64,000 nucleotides of DNA, from the NCBI RefSeq assembly GCF_044704955.1, contig NC_091995.1, positions 53,816,001 through 53,880,000 on the forward strand, written 5' to 3'. This document shows positions 11,678 through 25,811 of this stretch, piece by piece (the first letter of the stretch is position 1; every line of letters begins with the position of its first letter). The notes under the pieces are model-generated. The model saw nothing but the letters and a program-made list of their open reading frames with translations. It had not been told where the DNA came from and made no database searches. The translations under genes were made by a program, and so were the position numbers. Source of the stretch: Pristiophorus japonicus (taxonomy: Eukaryota).

Positions 11678-14600
11678 CCTGGGGCCCAGACCGGTGGGGA
11701 TTAAAGGAGCAGTGCCCGGGGCCCAGACTGGTGGGGAGTAAAGGAGCAGTGCCCGGGGCCCAGACCAGTGGGGATTAAATGACCAGTGCCCGGGGCACAC
11801 ACCAGTGGGGATTAAATGAGCAGTGCCCGGGGCCCAGACCAGCGAGGATTAAATGAGCAGTGCCCGGGGCCCAGACCGGTGGGGATTAAATGAGCAGTGA
11901 CTGGGGCCCAGACCGGTGGGGATAAAGGAGCAGTGCCTGGGGCCCAGACCGGTGGGGAGTAAAGGAGCAGTGCCCGGGGCCCAGACCAGTGGGGATTAAA
12001 GGAGCAGTGCCCGGGGCCCAGACCAGTGGGGATTAAATGAGCAGTGACTGGGGCCCAGACCGGTGGGGATAAAGGAGCAGTGCCTGGGGCCCAGACCGGT
12101 GGGGAGTAAAGGAGCAGTGCCCGGGGCCCAGACCAGTGGGGATTAAAGGAGCAGTGCCCGGGGCCCAGACCGGTGGGGATTAAAGGAGCAGTGCCCGGGG
12201 CCCAGACTGGTGGAGATTAAAGGAGCAGTGCCCAGGGCCCAGACCGGTGGGGATTAAAGGACCAGTGCCCGGGGCCCAGACCGGTGGGGATTAAAGGAGC
12301 AGTGCCCGGGGCCCAGACCGGTGGGGATTAAAGGAGCAGTGCCCGGGGCCCAGACCGGTGGGGATTAAAGGAGCAGTGCCCGGTGCCCAGGGCCCAGACC
12401 GGTGGGGATTAAATGACCAGTGCTCAGGGCCCAGACCGGTGGAGATTAAAGGACCAGTGCCCGGGGCCCAGACCGGTGGGGATTAAAGGAGCAGTGCCCG
12501 GGGCCCAGACCAGTGGGGATTAAAGGACCAGTGCCCGGGGCCCAGACCAGTGGGGATTAAAGGAGCAGTGCCCGGGGCCCAGACCGGTGGAGATTAAAGG
12601 AGCAGCGCCCGGGGCCCAGACCGGTGGAGATTAAAGGAGCAGTGCCCGGGGCCCAGACCGGTGGAGATTAAAGGAGCAGTGCCCGGGGCCCAGACCGGTG
12701 GGGAGTAAAGGAGCAGCGCCCGGGGCCCAGACCAGTGGGGATTAAAGGAGCAGTGCCCAGGGCCCAGACCGGTGGAGATTAAAGGAGCAGTGCCTGGGGC
12801 CCAGACCAGTGGCGATTAAAGGAGCAGTGCCCGGGGCCCAGACCAGTGGGGATTAAAAGAGCAGTGCCTGGGGCCCAAACCGGTGGGGATTAAAGGACCA
12901 GTGCTCGGGGCCCAGACAGGTGGAGATTAAAGGAGCAATGCCCGGGGCCCAGACCAGTGCGGAGTAAAGGAGCAGTGCCCGGGGCCCAGACCAGTGGGGA
13001 TTAAAAGAGCAGTGCCTGGGGCCCAAACCGGTGGGGATTAAAGGACCAGTGCTCGGGGCCCAGACTGGTGGAGATTAAAGGAGCAGTGCCCGGGGCCCAC
13101 AGCGGAGGGGATTAAAGGAGCAGTGCCCGACGCCCAGACCGGTGGGGATTAAATTACCAGTGCCCGGGGCACAGACCGGTGGGGATTAAAAAAGCAGTGC
13201 CCGGGGCCCAGACCGGCGAGGATTGAATGACCAGTGACTGGGGCCCAGACCTGTGGGGAGTAAAGGAGCAATGCCCGGGGCCCAGACCGGTGGGGAGTAA
13301 ATGACCAGTGCCCGGGGCCCAGACCGGTGGAGATTAAAGGAGCAGTGCCCGGGGCCCAGACCAGTGGGGATTAAAGGACCAGTGCCCAGGGACCAGACCG
13401 GTGGGGATTAAAGGAGCAGCGCCCGGGGACCAGACCAGTAGGGATTAAAGGACCAGTGCCCAGGGACCAGACCGGTGGGGATTAAAGGAGCAATGCCCGG
13501 GGCCCAGACCAGTGGGGATTAAAGGACCAGTGCCCGGGGCCCAGGGCCCAGACCGGTGGGGATTAAATGACCAGTGCCCAGGGCCCAGACCAGTGGAGAT
13601 TAAAGGACCAGTGCCCGGGGCCCAGACCAGTGGGGATTAAAGGACCAGTGCCCGGGGCCCAGACCGGTGGAGATTAAAGGAGCAGCGCCCGGGGCCCAGA
13701 CCAGTGGGGATTAAAGGAGCAGTGCCCGGGGCCCAGACCGGTGGGGATTAAAGGAGCAGTGCCCAGGGCCCAGACCAGTGCGGAGTAAAGGAGCAGTGCC
13801 CGGGGCCCAGACCAGTGGGGATTAAAAGAGCAGTGCCTGGGGCCCAGACTGGTGGGGATTAAAGGACCAGTGCCCGGGGCCCACAGCGGAGGGGATTAAA
13901 GGAGCAGTGCCCGGGGCCCAGACCGGTGGGGATTAAATGACCAGTGCCCGGGGCACAGACCGGTGGGGATTAAATGAGCAATGCCCGGGGCCCAGACCAG
14001 TGGGGATTAAAGGAGCAGTGCCCGGTGCCCAGGGCCCAGACCGGTGGGGATTAAATGACCAGTGCCCAGGGCCCAGACCAGTGGAGATTAAAGGACCAGT
14101 GCCCAGGGCCCAGACCAGTGGAGATTAAAGGACCAGTGCCCGGGGCCCAGACCAGTGGGGATTAAAGGAGCAGTGCCCGGGGCCCAGACCAGTGCGGAGT
14201 AAAGGAGCAGTGCTCGGGGCCCAGACCAGTGGGGATTAAAAGAGCAGTGCCTGGGGCCCAGACTGGTGGAGATTAAAGGAGCAGTGCCCGGGGCCCACAG
14301 CGGAGGGGATTAAAAGAGCAGTGCCCGGGGCCCAGACCGGTGGGGATTAAATGAGCAGTGCCCGGGGCACAGACCGGTGGGGATTAAATGAGCAGTGCCC
14401 GGGGCCCAGACCGGCGAGGATTGAATGACCAGTGACTGGGGCCCAGACCGGTGGGGAGTAAAGGAGCAGTGCCCGGGGCCCAGACCGGTGGGGAGTAAAG
14501 GAGCAGTGCCCGGGGCCCAGACCAGTGGGGATTAAATGACCAGTGCCCGGGGCACACACCAGTGGGGATTAAATGAGCAGTGCCCGGGGCCCAGACCAGC

Positions 14601-17600
14601 GAGGATTAAATGAGCAGTGACTGGGGCCCAGACCGGTGGGGATAAAGGAGCAGTGCCTGGGGCCCAGACCGGTGGGGAGTAAAGGAGCAGTGCCCGGGGC
14701 CCAGACCAGTGGGGATTAAAGGAGCAGTGCCCGGGGCCCAGACCAGTGGGGATTAAATGAGCAGTGACTGGGGCCCAGACCGGTGGGGATAAAGGAGCAG
14801 TGCCTGGGGCCCAGACCGGTGGGGAGTAAAGGAGCAGTGCCCGGGGCCCAGACCGGTGGGGAGTAAAGGAGCAGTGCCCGGGGCCCAGACCAGTGGGGAT
14901 TAAAGGAGCAGTGCCCGGGGCCCAGACCGGTGGGGATTAAAGGAGCAGTGCCCGGGGCCCAGACTGGTGGAGATTAAAGGAGCAGTGCCCAGGGCCCAGA
15001 CCGGTGGGGATTAAAGGACCAGTGCCCGGGGCCCAGACCGGTGGGGATTAAAGGAGCAGTGCCCGGGGCCCAGACCGGTGGGGATTAAAGGAGCAGTGCC
15101 CGGGGCCCAGACCGGTGGGGATTAAAGGAGCAGTGCCCGGTGCCCAGGGCCCAGACCGGTGGGGATTAAATGACCAGTGCTCAGGGCCCAGACCGGTGGA
15201 GATTAAAGGACCAGTGCCCGGGGCCCAGACCGGTGGGGATTAAAGGAGCAGTGCCCGGGGCCCAGACCAGTGGGGATTAAAGGACCAGTGCCCGGGGCCC
15301 AGACCAGTGGGGATTAAAGGAGCAGTGCCCGGGGCCCAGACCGGTGGAGATTAAAGGAGCAGCGCCCGGGGCCCAGACCGGTGGAGATTAAAGGAGCAGT
15401 GCCCGGGGCCCAGACCGGTGGAGATTAAAGGAGCAGTGCCCGGGGCCCAGACCGGTGGGGAGTAAAGGAGCAGCGCCCGGGGCCCAGACCAGTGGGGATT
15501 AAAGGAGCAGTGCCCAGGGCCCAGACCGGTGGAGATTAAAGGAGCAGTGCCTGGGGCCCAGACCAGTGGCGATTAAAGGAGCAGTGCCCGGGGCCCAGAC
15601 CAGTGGGGATTAAAAGAGCAGTGCCTGGGGCCCAAACCGGTGGGGATTAAAGGACCAGTGCTCGGGGCCCAGACAGGTGGAGATTAAAGGAGCAATGCCC
15701 GGGGCCCAGACCAGTGCGGAGTAAAGGAGCAGTGCCCGGGGCCCAGACCAGTGGGGATTAAAAGAGCAGTGCCTGGGGCCCAAACCGGTGGGGATTAAAG
15801 GACCAGTGCTCGGGGCCCAGACTGGTGGAGATTAAAGGAGCAGTGCCCGGGGCCCACAGCGGAGGGGATTAAAGGAGCAGTGCCCGACGCCCAGACCGGT
15901 GGGGATTAAATTACCAGTGCCCGGGGCACAGACCGGTGGGGATTAAAAAAGCAGTGCCCGGGGCCCAGACCGGCGAGGATTGAATGACCAGTGACTGGGG
16001 CCCAGACCTGTGGGGAGTAAAGGAGCAGTGCCCGGGGCCCAGACCGGTGGGGAGTAAATGACCAGTGCCCGGGGCCCAGACCGGTGGAGATTAAAGGAGC
16101 AGTGCCCGGGGCCCAGACCAGTGGGGATTAAAGGACCAGTGCCCAGGGACCAGACCGGTGGGGATTAAAGGAGCAGCGCCCGGGGACCAGACCAGTAGGG
16201 ATTAAAGGACCAGTGCCCAGGGACCAGACCGGTGGGGATTAAAGGAGCAATGCCCGGGGCCCAGACCAGTGGGGATTAAAGGACCAGTGCCCGGGGCCCA
16301 GGGCCCAGACCGGTGGGGATTAAATGACCAGTGCCCAGGGCCCAGACCAGTGGAGATTAAAGGACCAGTGCCCGGGGCCCAGACCAGTGGGGATTAAAGG
16401 ACCAGTGCCCGGGGCCCAGACCGGTGGAGATTAAAGGAGCAGCGCCCGGGGCCCAGACCAGTGGGGATTAAAGGAGCAGTGCCCGGGGCCCAGACCGGTG
16501 GGGATTAAAGGAGCAGTGCCCAGGGCCCAGACCAGTGCGGAGTAAAGGAGCAGTGCCCGGGGCCCAGACCAGTGGGGATTAAAAGAGCAGTGCCTGGGGC
16601 CCAGACTGGTGGGGATTAAAGGACCAGTGCCCGGGGCCCACAGCGGAGGGGATTAAAGGAGCAGTGCCCGGGGCCCAGACCGGTGGGGATTAAATGACCA
16701 GTGCCCGGGGCACAGACCGGTGGGGATTAAATGAGCAATGCCCGGGGCCCAGACCAGTGGGGATTAAAGGAGCAGTGCCCGGTGCCCAGGGCCCAGACCG
16801 GTGGGGATTAAATGACCAGTGCCCAGGGCCCAGACCAGTGGAGATTAAAGGACCAGTGCCCAGGGCCCAGACCAGTGGAGATTAAAGGACCAGTGCCCGG
16901 GGCCCAGACCAGTGGGGATTAAAGGAGCAGTGCCCGGGGCCCAGACCAGTGCGGAGTAAAGGAGCAGTGCTCGGGGCCCAGACCAGTGGGGATTAAAAGA
17001 GCAGTGCCTGGGGCCCAGACTGGTGGAGATTAAAGGAGCAGTGCCCGGGGCCCACAGCGGAGGGGATTAAAAGAGCAGTGCCCGGGGCCCAGACCGGTGG
17101 GGATTAAATGAGCAGTGCCCGGGGCACAGACCGGTGGGGATTAAATGAGCAGTGCCCGGGGCCCAGACCGGCGAGGATTGAATGACCAGTGACTGGGGCC
17201 CAGACCGGTGGGGAGTAAAGGAGCAGTGCCCGGGGCCCAGACCGGTGGGGAGTAAAGGAGCAGTGCCTGGGGCCCAGACCGGTGGGGATTAAAGGAGCAG
17301 TGCCCGGGGCCCAGACCAGTGGGGATTAAAGGAGCAGTGCCCGGGGCCCAGACCGGTGGAGATTCAAGGACCAGTGCCCGAGGCCCAGACCAGTGGGGAT
17401 TAAAGGAGCAGTGCCCGGTGCCCAGGGCCCAGACCGGTGGGGATTAAATGACCAGTGGCCAGGGCCCAGATCGGTGGAGATTAAAGGAGCAGTGCCCGGG
17501 GACCAGACCAGTAGGGATTAAAGGACCAGTGCCCGGGGCCCAGACCGGTGGGGATTAAAGGAGCAGCGCCCGGGGCCCAGACCGGTGGGGATAAAGGAGC

Positions 17601-19345
17601 AGTGCCTGGGGCCTAGACCGGTGGGGATTAAAGGAGCAGTGCCCGGGGCCCAGACTAGTGGAGATTAAAGGACCAGTGCCCGGGGCCCAGACCGGTGGGG
17701 ATTAAAGGAGCAATGCCCGGGGCCCAGACCAGTGGGGATTAAAGGAGCAGTGCCTGGTGCCCAGGGCCCAGACCGGTGGGGATTAAAGGACCAGTGCCCG
17801 GGGCCCAGACCGGTGGAGATTAAAGGAGCAGTGCCCGGGGCTCAGACCAGTGGGGATTAAAGGAGCAGTGCCCGGGGCCCAGACCAGTGGCGATTAAAGG
17901 AGCAGTGCCCGGGGCCCAGACCAGTGCGGAGTAAAGGAGCAGTGCCCGGGGCCCAGACCAGTGGAGATTAAAGGAGCAGTGCCCGGGGCCCAGACCAGTG
18001 GCGATTAAAGGAGCAGTGCCCGGGGCCCAGACCAGTGGGGATTAAAGGAGCAGTGCCCGGGGCCCAGACCAGTGGCGATTAAAGGAGCAGTGCCCAGGGC
18101 CCAGACCAGTGGGGATTAAAAGAGCAGTGCCTGGGGCCCAAACCGGTGGGGATTAAAGGACCAGTGCTCGGGGCCCAGACTGGTGGAGATTAAAGGAGCA
18201 GTGCCCGGGGCCCAGACTGGTGGAGATTAAAGGAGCAGTGCCCGGGGCCCAGACCGGTGGGGATTAAAGGACCAGTGCCCGGGGCCCAGACTGGTGGAGA
18301 TTAAAGGAGCAGTGCCCGGGGCCCACAGCGGAGGGGATTAAAGGAGCAATGCCCGGGGCCCAGACTGGTGGAGATTAAAGGACCAGTGCCCGGGGCCCAG
18401 ACCGGTGGGGATTAAAGGAGCAATGCCCGGGGCCCAGACTGATGGAGATTAAAGGACCAGTGCCCGGGGCCCAGACCGGTGGGGATTAAAGGAGCAGTGC
18501 CCGGGGCCCAGACCAGTGGAGATTAAAGGAGCAGTGCCCAGGGCCCAGACCAGTGGGGATTAAAGGAGCAGTGCCCGGGGCCCAGACCGGTGGGGATTAA
18601 ATGAGCAGTGCCCGGGGCCCAGACCGGTGGGGATTAAAGGAGCAATGCCCGGGGCCCAGACCGGTGGGGATTAAAGGAGCAGTGCCCAGGGCCCAGACCG
18701 GTGGGGATTAAAGGAGCAGTGCCCGGGGCCCAGACCGGTGGGGATTAAAGGAGCAGTGCCCGGGGCCCAGACCGGTGGGGATTAAAGGAGCAGTGCCCGG
18801 GGCCCAGACCGGTGGGGATTAAATGAGCAGTGCCCGGGGCCCAGACTGATGGGGATTAAATGAGCCGTGCCCGGGGCCCAGACCGGTGGGGATTAAATGA
18901 TCAGTGCCCGGGGCCCAGACCGGTGGGGATTAAAGGAGCAGTGCCTGGGGCCCAGACTGATGGGGATTAAAGGAGCAGTGCCCGGGGCCCAGACTGATGG
19001 GGATTAAAGGAGCAGTGCCCGGGGCCCAGACCGGTGGGGATTAAAGGAGCAGTGCCTGGGGCCCGACTGATGGGGATTAAAGGAGCAATGCCCGGGGCCC
19101 AGACCGGTGGGGATTAAAGGAGCAGTGCCTGGGGCCCAGACTGATGGGGATTAAAGGAGCAGTGCCCGGGGCCCAGACTGATGGGGATTAAAGGAGCAGT
19201 GCCCGGGGCCCAGACCGGTGGGGATTAAAGGAGCAGTGCCTTGGGCCCAGACTGATGGGGATTAAAGGAGCAGTGCCCGGGGCCCAGACTGATGGGGATT
19301 AAAGGACCAGTGCCCATAGCCCAGACCGGTGGGGATTAAATGAGC
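11678..19345. repeat. 37-bp GC-rich satellite (GGGGCCCAGACCGGTGGGGATTAAAGGAGCAGTGCCC)n with a 2757-bp higher-order duplication
   Basis: About 7.7 kb of tandem units; rare variants recur at +2757 (11796/14553, 13128/15885, identical ORFs at 13937/16694). Confidence 0.97.
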
Positions 19346-22300
19346 TAGCTGAGAGCAGTGCGAACCGACCTGAGAGTGGGGGTGGGGAGGGGGGTGCGGA
19401 ATCAAAGTGTGACATCACAGGAAAGCAGGGAAGTGATTGGTTGGTGAGTATTTCTCTCTTTTCTCTTTTTTTTCTAAACTTGAGCATTGGTTTAAATTAA
19501 GAGTCGGGATTAAAAACTAAACATAGATAATTGATATTTCCAAACTGGAAAACTGAAGTAAGTAAATAAAACACATTAGAGGTGGCAGGGCAGGCGATGT
19601 GTTGCTGCTGCAGCATGTGGACACCAGTGGGACCCACATCTGCAGTAAGTGTTGGAAGCTCGAGGAACTTCAGCTCGACGTTGATGAGCTGGAGTCCGAC
19701 CTTCAGACACTGCCATACATCAGGGAGGGGGAGAGTTACCTGGATTCAAGTTTGGTCCCTGGTCAGGGACAGGAGGGTGTGTCTACGAGTGAGGAAGGTA
19801 TGGGGACCCAGGATGCAATGATGGAGGAGCCTCGGCCCTTGTTCTTGTCCAACAGGTTCGAGGCTCTTACTCCCTGTGTGGACGAGGGTAGTGACTGCAG
19901 GGAGGATGAGCAAACTGACCACAGCACCGTGGTACAGGGGGCCATTCAAGTGGGGAGTAAAAAGAAATGTTGTAGTGGTAAGGGACAGTATCATTAGGGG
20001 GATAGATAATGTTCTCTGCAGCCGAGAGCCTGTGTCCCGAAGGCTGTGTTGCCTACCCAGTGCCAGGGTTAAGGACATCTCCTCTGGACTGCAGAGGAAC
20101 TTGGAGTGGGAGGGGGAAGATCCAGTTGTCATGACCCACGTAGGTGCCAGCAACATAGATAGCACAAACAAAGAGGTTCTGCTGAGGGAGTATGAGCAGC
20201 TAGGGGCCAAATTAAAAGGCAGAACCACAAAGTTAATAATCTCTGGATTACTACCTGGGCCACGAGCAAGTTTGCATCAGGTAAATAGGATCAGAGAGTT
20301 AAACACGTGGCTCAAAGACTGGTGTGGGAGAAATGGGTTTCAATTCATGGGGCACTGGCACCAGTACTGGGGTAAGAAGGAGCTGTTCTGTTGGGGTGGA
20401 CTTTACTTGAACCAGACAGGGACCAGTGACCTGGTGAATTGAATAATTAGGGCTGTAGGGTAGGACTTTAAACGAAATAGTGGGGGGAGGGATCAGGAGA
20501 GCGGAAATTTAAAAAGTCAAAAAGAAAGGAGATGGCAATAGAATAGGGTAGCGATAGGGGTGATATCCAGAGTGTGACAGGAAGGGACAGTGCATATAAA
20601 CATAACGGTGTATCAGAAAGTGGGGTCAAAGTAGGGAGAATGATAAAAAGACAAAATTGAAAGCTCTTTATCTGAATGCACGCAGATTCGTAACAAGATA
20701 GATGAGTTGACGGCACAAATATAAACAAATGGGTGTGATCTGATAGCCATTACAGAGACATGGTTGCTAGATGACCAAGACTGGGAACTCAATATTCAGC
20801 GGTATTTGACATTTCGGAAGGACAGACAGAAAAGAAAAGGAGTTGGGATAGCTCTGTTAATAAAAGGTGAGATCAGTGTGTGGGTGAGAAATGATATTGG
20901 CTCAGAAGATCAAGATGTAGAATCAGTTTGGGTGGAGATAAGAAATAATAAGGGAAAGAAGTCACTGATGGGAGTAGTTTACAGGCCCCCTAACAGCAGC
21001 TACACAGTCGGACAGAATATAAATCAAGAAATAATGGAGGCTTATAAGAAAGGTATGGCAATAATCATGGGTGGTTTTAATCTTCATATTGGTTGGACAA
21101 ATCAAATGGGCAAAGGTAGCCTTGAGGAAGAGTTCATAGAGTGTACTTGGGATGGTTTATTAGAACAATATGTTGTAGAACCCATCAGGGAGCAGACTAT
21201 TTTAGATCTGGTAATGTGTAATGAGATTGGATTAATCAATGATCTCATAGTAAAAGATCCTCTTGGGAAGAGTGATCATAGCATGGTACATAAGAACATA
21301 AGAAATAGGAGCAGGAGTAGGCCATTTGGCCCCTCAAGCCTGCTCCGCCATTCAATAATATCATGGCTGATCTGATCCTGGCCTCAACTCCACTTCCCTG
21401 CCCGCTCCCCATAACTCTTGACTCCCTTATCATTCAAAAATCTGTCAATCTCCACCTTAAATATATTCAAAGTCCCAGCCTCCACAGCTCTCGGGTAGAG
21501 AATTCCACAGATTCATGACCCTCTGAGAGAAGAAATTCTTCTTCATTTATGTTTTAAATGGGTGACCCCTTATTCTGAAATGATGCCCCTTAGTTCTAGA
21601 TTCCCCAATATGGGGAAACAGCCTCTCTGCATCTACCCTGTCAAGCCCCCTCAGAATCTTATACGTTTCAATAAGATCACTTTTCATTCTTCTAAACTCC
21701 AAGGGGTATAGGCCCAACCTGCTCAACCTTTCTTCATGTGACAACCCCTTCATCTCAGGAATCAACCTCGTGAACCTTCTCTGAACTGCCTCCAATGCAA
21801 GTATATCCTTCCTTAAATAAGGAGACCAAAACTGTACGCAGTACTCCAGGTGTGGTCTTACCAACACCCTGTACAGTTGGAGCAGGACATCCCTACTTTT
21901 ATACTCCATCGCCCTTGCAATAAAGACTAACAGTCCATTTGCCTTCCTGATTACTTGCTGTACCTGCATGCTAACTTTTTGCATTTATGAATAAGAGCCC
22001 CAGATGCCTCTGTACTACAGCATTTTATAATCTCTCCCCACTTAAATAATAATTTGCTTTTTTATTTTTCCTACAAAAGTGAATAACCTCACATTTTCCC
22101 ACATTATAATCCATCTGCCAAATTTTTACCCACTCTCTTAGCCTATCTATATCCCTTTGCAGATTCTTTGCATCCTCCTCACAACTTGTTTTCCCACCTA
22201 TCTTCGTATCATCAGCAAATTTGGCTATATTACACTCAGTCCCTTCATCCAAGTCATTAATATAAATTGTAAATAGTTGAGGAGCCAGCACTGATCCCTG

Positions 22301-23005
22301 TGGCACCCCACTAGTTACAATTTGTCAACCTGAAAATGACCAATTTATCCCAACTCTCTGTTTTCTGTTAGTTAGCCAATCCTCTATCCACGCTAATATA
22401 TTAGCCCCAACCCTGTGAGCTCTTATCTTGTGCAGCAACCATTTTATGGCACCTTAGCGAATGCTTTCTGGAAATCCAAATACACTACACCCACTGGTTC
22501 CCCCTCATCCATCCTGCTTGTTACATCCTCAAAGAACTCCAGCAAATTTGTCAAACGTAATTTCCCTTTCATAAAACCATGCTGACTCTGCTTGACTGCA
22601 TTATGATTTTCTAAATGTCCTGCTACTACTTCCTTCATGATGGACTCCAGCAATTTCCCAATGACAGATGTTAGGCTAACTGGTCTATAGTTTCCTGCTT
22701 TCTGTCTGCCTCCTTTCTTCAATGGAGAACTCATTTTGAGGGTGAGAAAGCTAGGTCTCAAACTAGTGTCCTGAATTTAAATAAAGGCAATTACAAGGGT
22801 ATAAAGGCAGAGCTGGCTAAAGTGGATTGGGACAATAGATTAAAGGCTAAGACAATAGATGAGCAGTGGCAAACATTTAAGGTGATATTTCATAACTCTC
22901 AGCAAAGTTATATTCCAGTGTGAAAGAAAGAGAAGGATGAATCATCGGCGGCTAACTAAGGAAGTAAAGGATGGTATCAAATTGAAAACAAAGGCAGACA
23001 ATGTT
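19346..23005 (+). mobile_element. CR1 LINE 5' half (5'UTR, ORF1 zinc finger/leucine zipper/esterase, ORF2 endonuclease), interrupted and 3'-truncated
   Basis: CCCCSMW..ICSKC..LEELQLDVDELE; VVRDSIIRG, CLPSARVKD, THVGASN; endonuclease VYRPPN..KSDHSMV, resuming at ~22725. Confidence 0.9.
21289..22722 (-). mobile_element. CR1 3' portion (RT + tail) inserted antisense into the CR1 above
   Basis: (CATAAGAA)n tail at 21289; ORFs 21547-22761 carry CR1 RT motifs. Confidence 0.9.
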
Positions 23006-23568
23006 GAATGGCATAGAATGACCAGTGTGGGACGTAGAAGATCTGATATGGAGGATAAGATAGCATCATACATTTTTACAAAGATTAATGTGTCCCAGCA
23101 ATGGGTACTGGACATGATTCATTCTGACAACCCTCAGGATAGAGCTGCAGAGTGGACAGGGAGTGTAAAGCACAAGAAGTCAAAGGAAAAGGCAGTCTGG
23201 CTCTTGTGCCTACAAAGCCAAGTCCGACTGCTCTGGCATCAGGTTGAGTGCCTCAAAGTGGGGCTGAGAGAGTCACAAGAGCAGTCTGTACCAGCGAAAG
23301 CTGAAGGGACATAAAGCCAGTTAAAGGACATTAAGGCCACATACAGGGTAGCTCGGAGTAGGAGCTACGAGGATTGTGACCATGGTCCTGATGAGGAAAG
23401 AATTAAGAACTTGACCCAAGCTTTGTCAGGACCCCGAGGCATGGTCTGACTTATGGTGCCGGGCAAACCGCGGGTTGAATGAGAAGGGCAGGAACCTCCA
23501 CCGGTACAAGAGACAGAAGCTCAGGTTAGGGTAGTCCCAACAGCACCAGAGGTGCAACTGAGACCGAT

Positions 23569-23933
23569 GACTGGACAGGTTAGATGCGGGAAGAATGTTC
23601 CCGATGTTGGGGAAGTCCAGAACCAGGGGACACAGTCTAAGGATAAGGGGTAGGCCATTTAGGATTGAGATGAGGAGAAACTTCTTCACTCAGAGAGTTG
23701 TTAATCTGTGGAATTCACTGCCGCAGAGAGTTGTTGATGCCAGTTTATTGGATATATTCAAGAGGGAGTTAGATATGGCCCTTACGGTTAGGGGGGATCA
23801 AGGGGTATGGAGAGAAAGCAGGAAAGGGGTACTGAAAGAATGATCAGCCATGATCTTATTGAATGGCGGTGCAGGCTCGAAGGGCCGAATGGCCTACTCC
23901 TGCACCTATTTTTCTATGTTTCTATGTTTCTAT
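23569..23933 (+). mobile_element. CR1 3' fragment inserted in ERV gag
   Basis: MFPMLGKSRTRGHSLR..; (TTTCTATG)n tail. Confidence 0.9.
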
Positions 23934-24221
23934 GTGTCCTCTGTGGCAGCAGAGATACGGCCCATCCACACCAAACCGCGACCAGGGACCGTGACAGAAT
24001 GATTACGTGGTCCCATTCACCACCCCTCAGTTACAGGCCATGGTTGCTGGTCTACCAAAGTTAAAACAGGATGGGGATCCCTCGGTTCACTTCATGGAAG
24101 TTGAGCAAGTAGTGGGGATTAATGGGTGTAATGATGACCAGACCCACAGGCTGATACTGTGTTCCCTGGATACAAAACTGTATCAGAACTTGTCCGCAGA
24201 CATGAAAGCGGGGTGAGGCAC

Positions 24222-25139
24222 CATCATCATAGGCAGTCCCTCGGAATCGAGGCAGACTTGCTTCCACTCCCAAAGTGAGTTAATTGATTGCTGAACAGTC
24301 CGATACGAGAGCCACAGACCCTGTTACAGGTGGGACAGACATTCATCGAGGGAAGGGGTCGGTGGGGCTGGTTAGCTGCGCGCTCCTTCCACTGCCTGCG
24401 CCTGGCCTCTTCACGCTCTTTGCGTTGAGACTCTAAGAGCTCAACGCCTTCCCGGATGCACTTTCTCCACCTCGGGCGGTCTGCGGCCAGGGTCTCCCAG
24501 GTGTCAGTGGTGATGTCGCACTTTACCAGGGAGGCTTTGAGGGTGTCCTTATAACGTTTCCGCTGTCCCCCTTTGGCTCGTTTACCACGAAGGAGCTCCG
24601 CATAAAGCATTTGCTTAGGGAGTCTCGTATCTGGCATGCGAACTATGTGAAGCTGATCGAGTGTGGTCAGTGCTTCAATACTGGGGATGTTAGCCTGGTC
24701 GAGGACACTAATGTTGGTGTGCCTGTCCTCCCAGGGGATTTGCAGGATCTTGTGGTGACATCGTTGGTGATATGTCTCCAGTGACTTGAGGTGCCTTCTA
24801 TACATCGTCCATGCCTCAGATTCATACAGGAGGGCGGGTATTACTACAGCCCTGTCGACCATGAGCTTGGTGGTAGATTTGAGGGCCTGGTCTTCAAACA
24901 CTCTTTTCCTCAGATGGCCGAAGGCTGCACTAGCACACTGGAGGCGATGTTGAATCTCCGCATCAATGTCGACCTTTGTTGATCAGAGGCTCCCGAGATA
25001 TAGGAAATGGTCCGCGTTGTCGAGGGCCGCGTCAAGGATCTTGATGATTGGAGGGCAGTACTGTGTGGTGGTGACAGGCTGGTGGAGCACCTTTGTCTTA
25101 CGGATGTTAAGCATAAGTCCCATGCTTTCATCTGCCTCA
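24222..25139 (-). mobile_element. RTE LINE 3' fragment inserted in ERV gag
   Basis: RTE C-terminal ORF 24227-24901 with CPTC finger, (ATG)n tail; 9-bp TSD GTGAGGCAC at 24213-24221 and 25140-25148. Confidence 0.92.
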
Positions 25140-25811
25140 GTGAGGCACAATAGAGGGGTTAAAGGAGGAAATCCTGAGAGTGATGGGGCAATACCCAGGG
25201 TAGTCTGTTCTCACAGGTAGAGCAGACCCTACAGTTGTCCGGCGAGGCGCCAGTTGCCTTTGCGGACAGGCTATGGCCAGTGTACGCGAGGGCAACTGGA
25301 GGGGTGTCAAACCATGCACAACTGATCGGGGCCCCCAGAAATCACTGGCTCAGGACCCTAATCGCGAACAGCTTGCCACGTGTTAAAGCCAAGGCTGAAG
25401 CATGGTTCGATGCCGACGACCCCACCAACACGGAGGCAGGCGTGCTCCGTAAGTTAGGACTGGCCTTTAAGACCAGCTGTGGGGAAGAGACCAAAAGTAA
25501 GAGTAGGATCTGCGCGATCAAGGTCAGTAAAGGGGATAGGAGGGAATGGTGTCAGGAGGGGCCCCACACTGATGTGTCTAAGACTTATTTTAGATGTGGA
25601 GAAACGGGGCACTGGAGACGGGACGGCCCGCTCCAGAAAACGGGACCCGGGAGGAAACCCCAGCCAACCGAGGCGAAAAGGGCGACCGAGGAAACCTTCG
25701 AGGTCCTGGTGGCAGCCCTCCGTACATGTGCTGGGGAAGGACAGAGGGAGGCTAGATGCTGTCGTGAGTAGCGTTGTGCCGACTGAGCCCGTATGCCCTC
25801 CTTCATCCTGA

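Larger units (their letters stand above)
23048..25811 (+). pseudogene. gag: ERV gag (coiled-coil N-region, capsid-like region, degenerate CCHC knuckle)
   Basis: MEDKIASYIF..WLLCLQSQVRLLWHQVECLKVGLRESQE; PFTTPQLQAMVAGLPKL; GEAPVAFADRLW; YFRCGETGHWRRDGP; split by CR1 and RTE insertions. Confidence 0.75.

Noticed and set aside
11678-19345. CRISPR-like array of 37-bp repeats
   Set aside because: Units are head-to-tail with no unique spacers, there are no cas genes, and the context is eukaryotic
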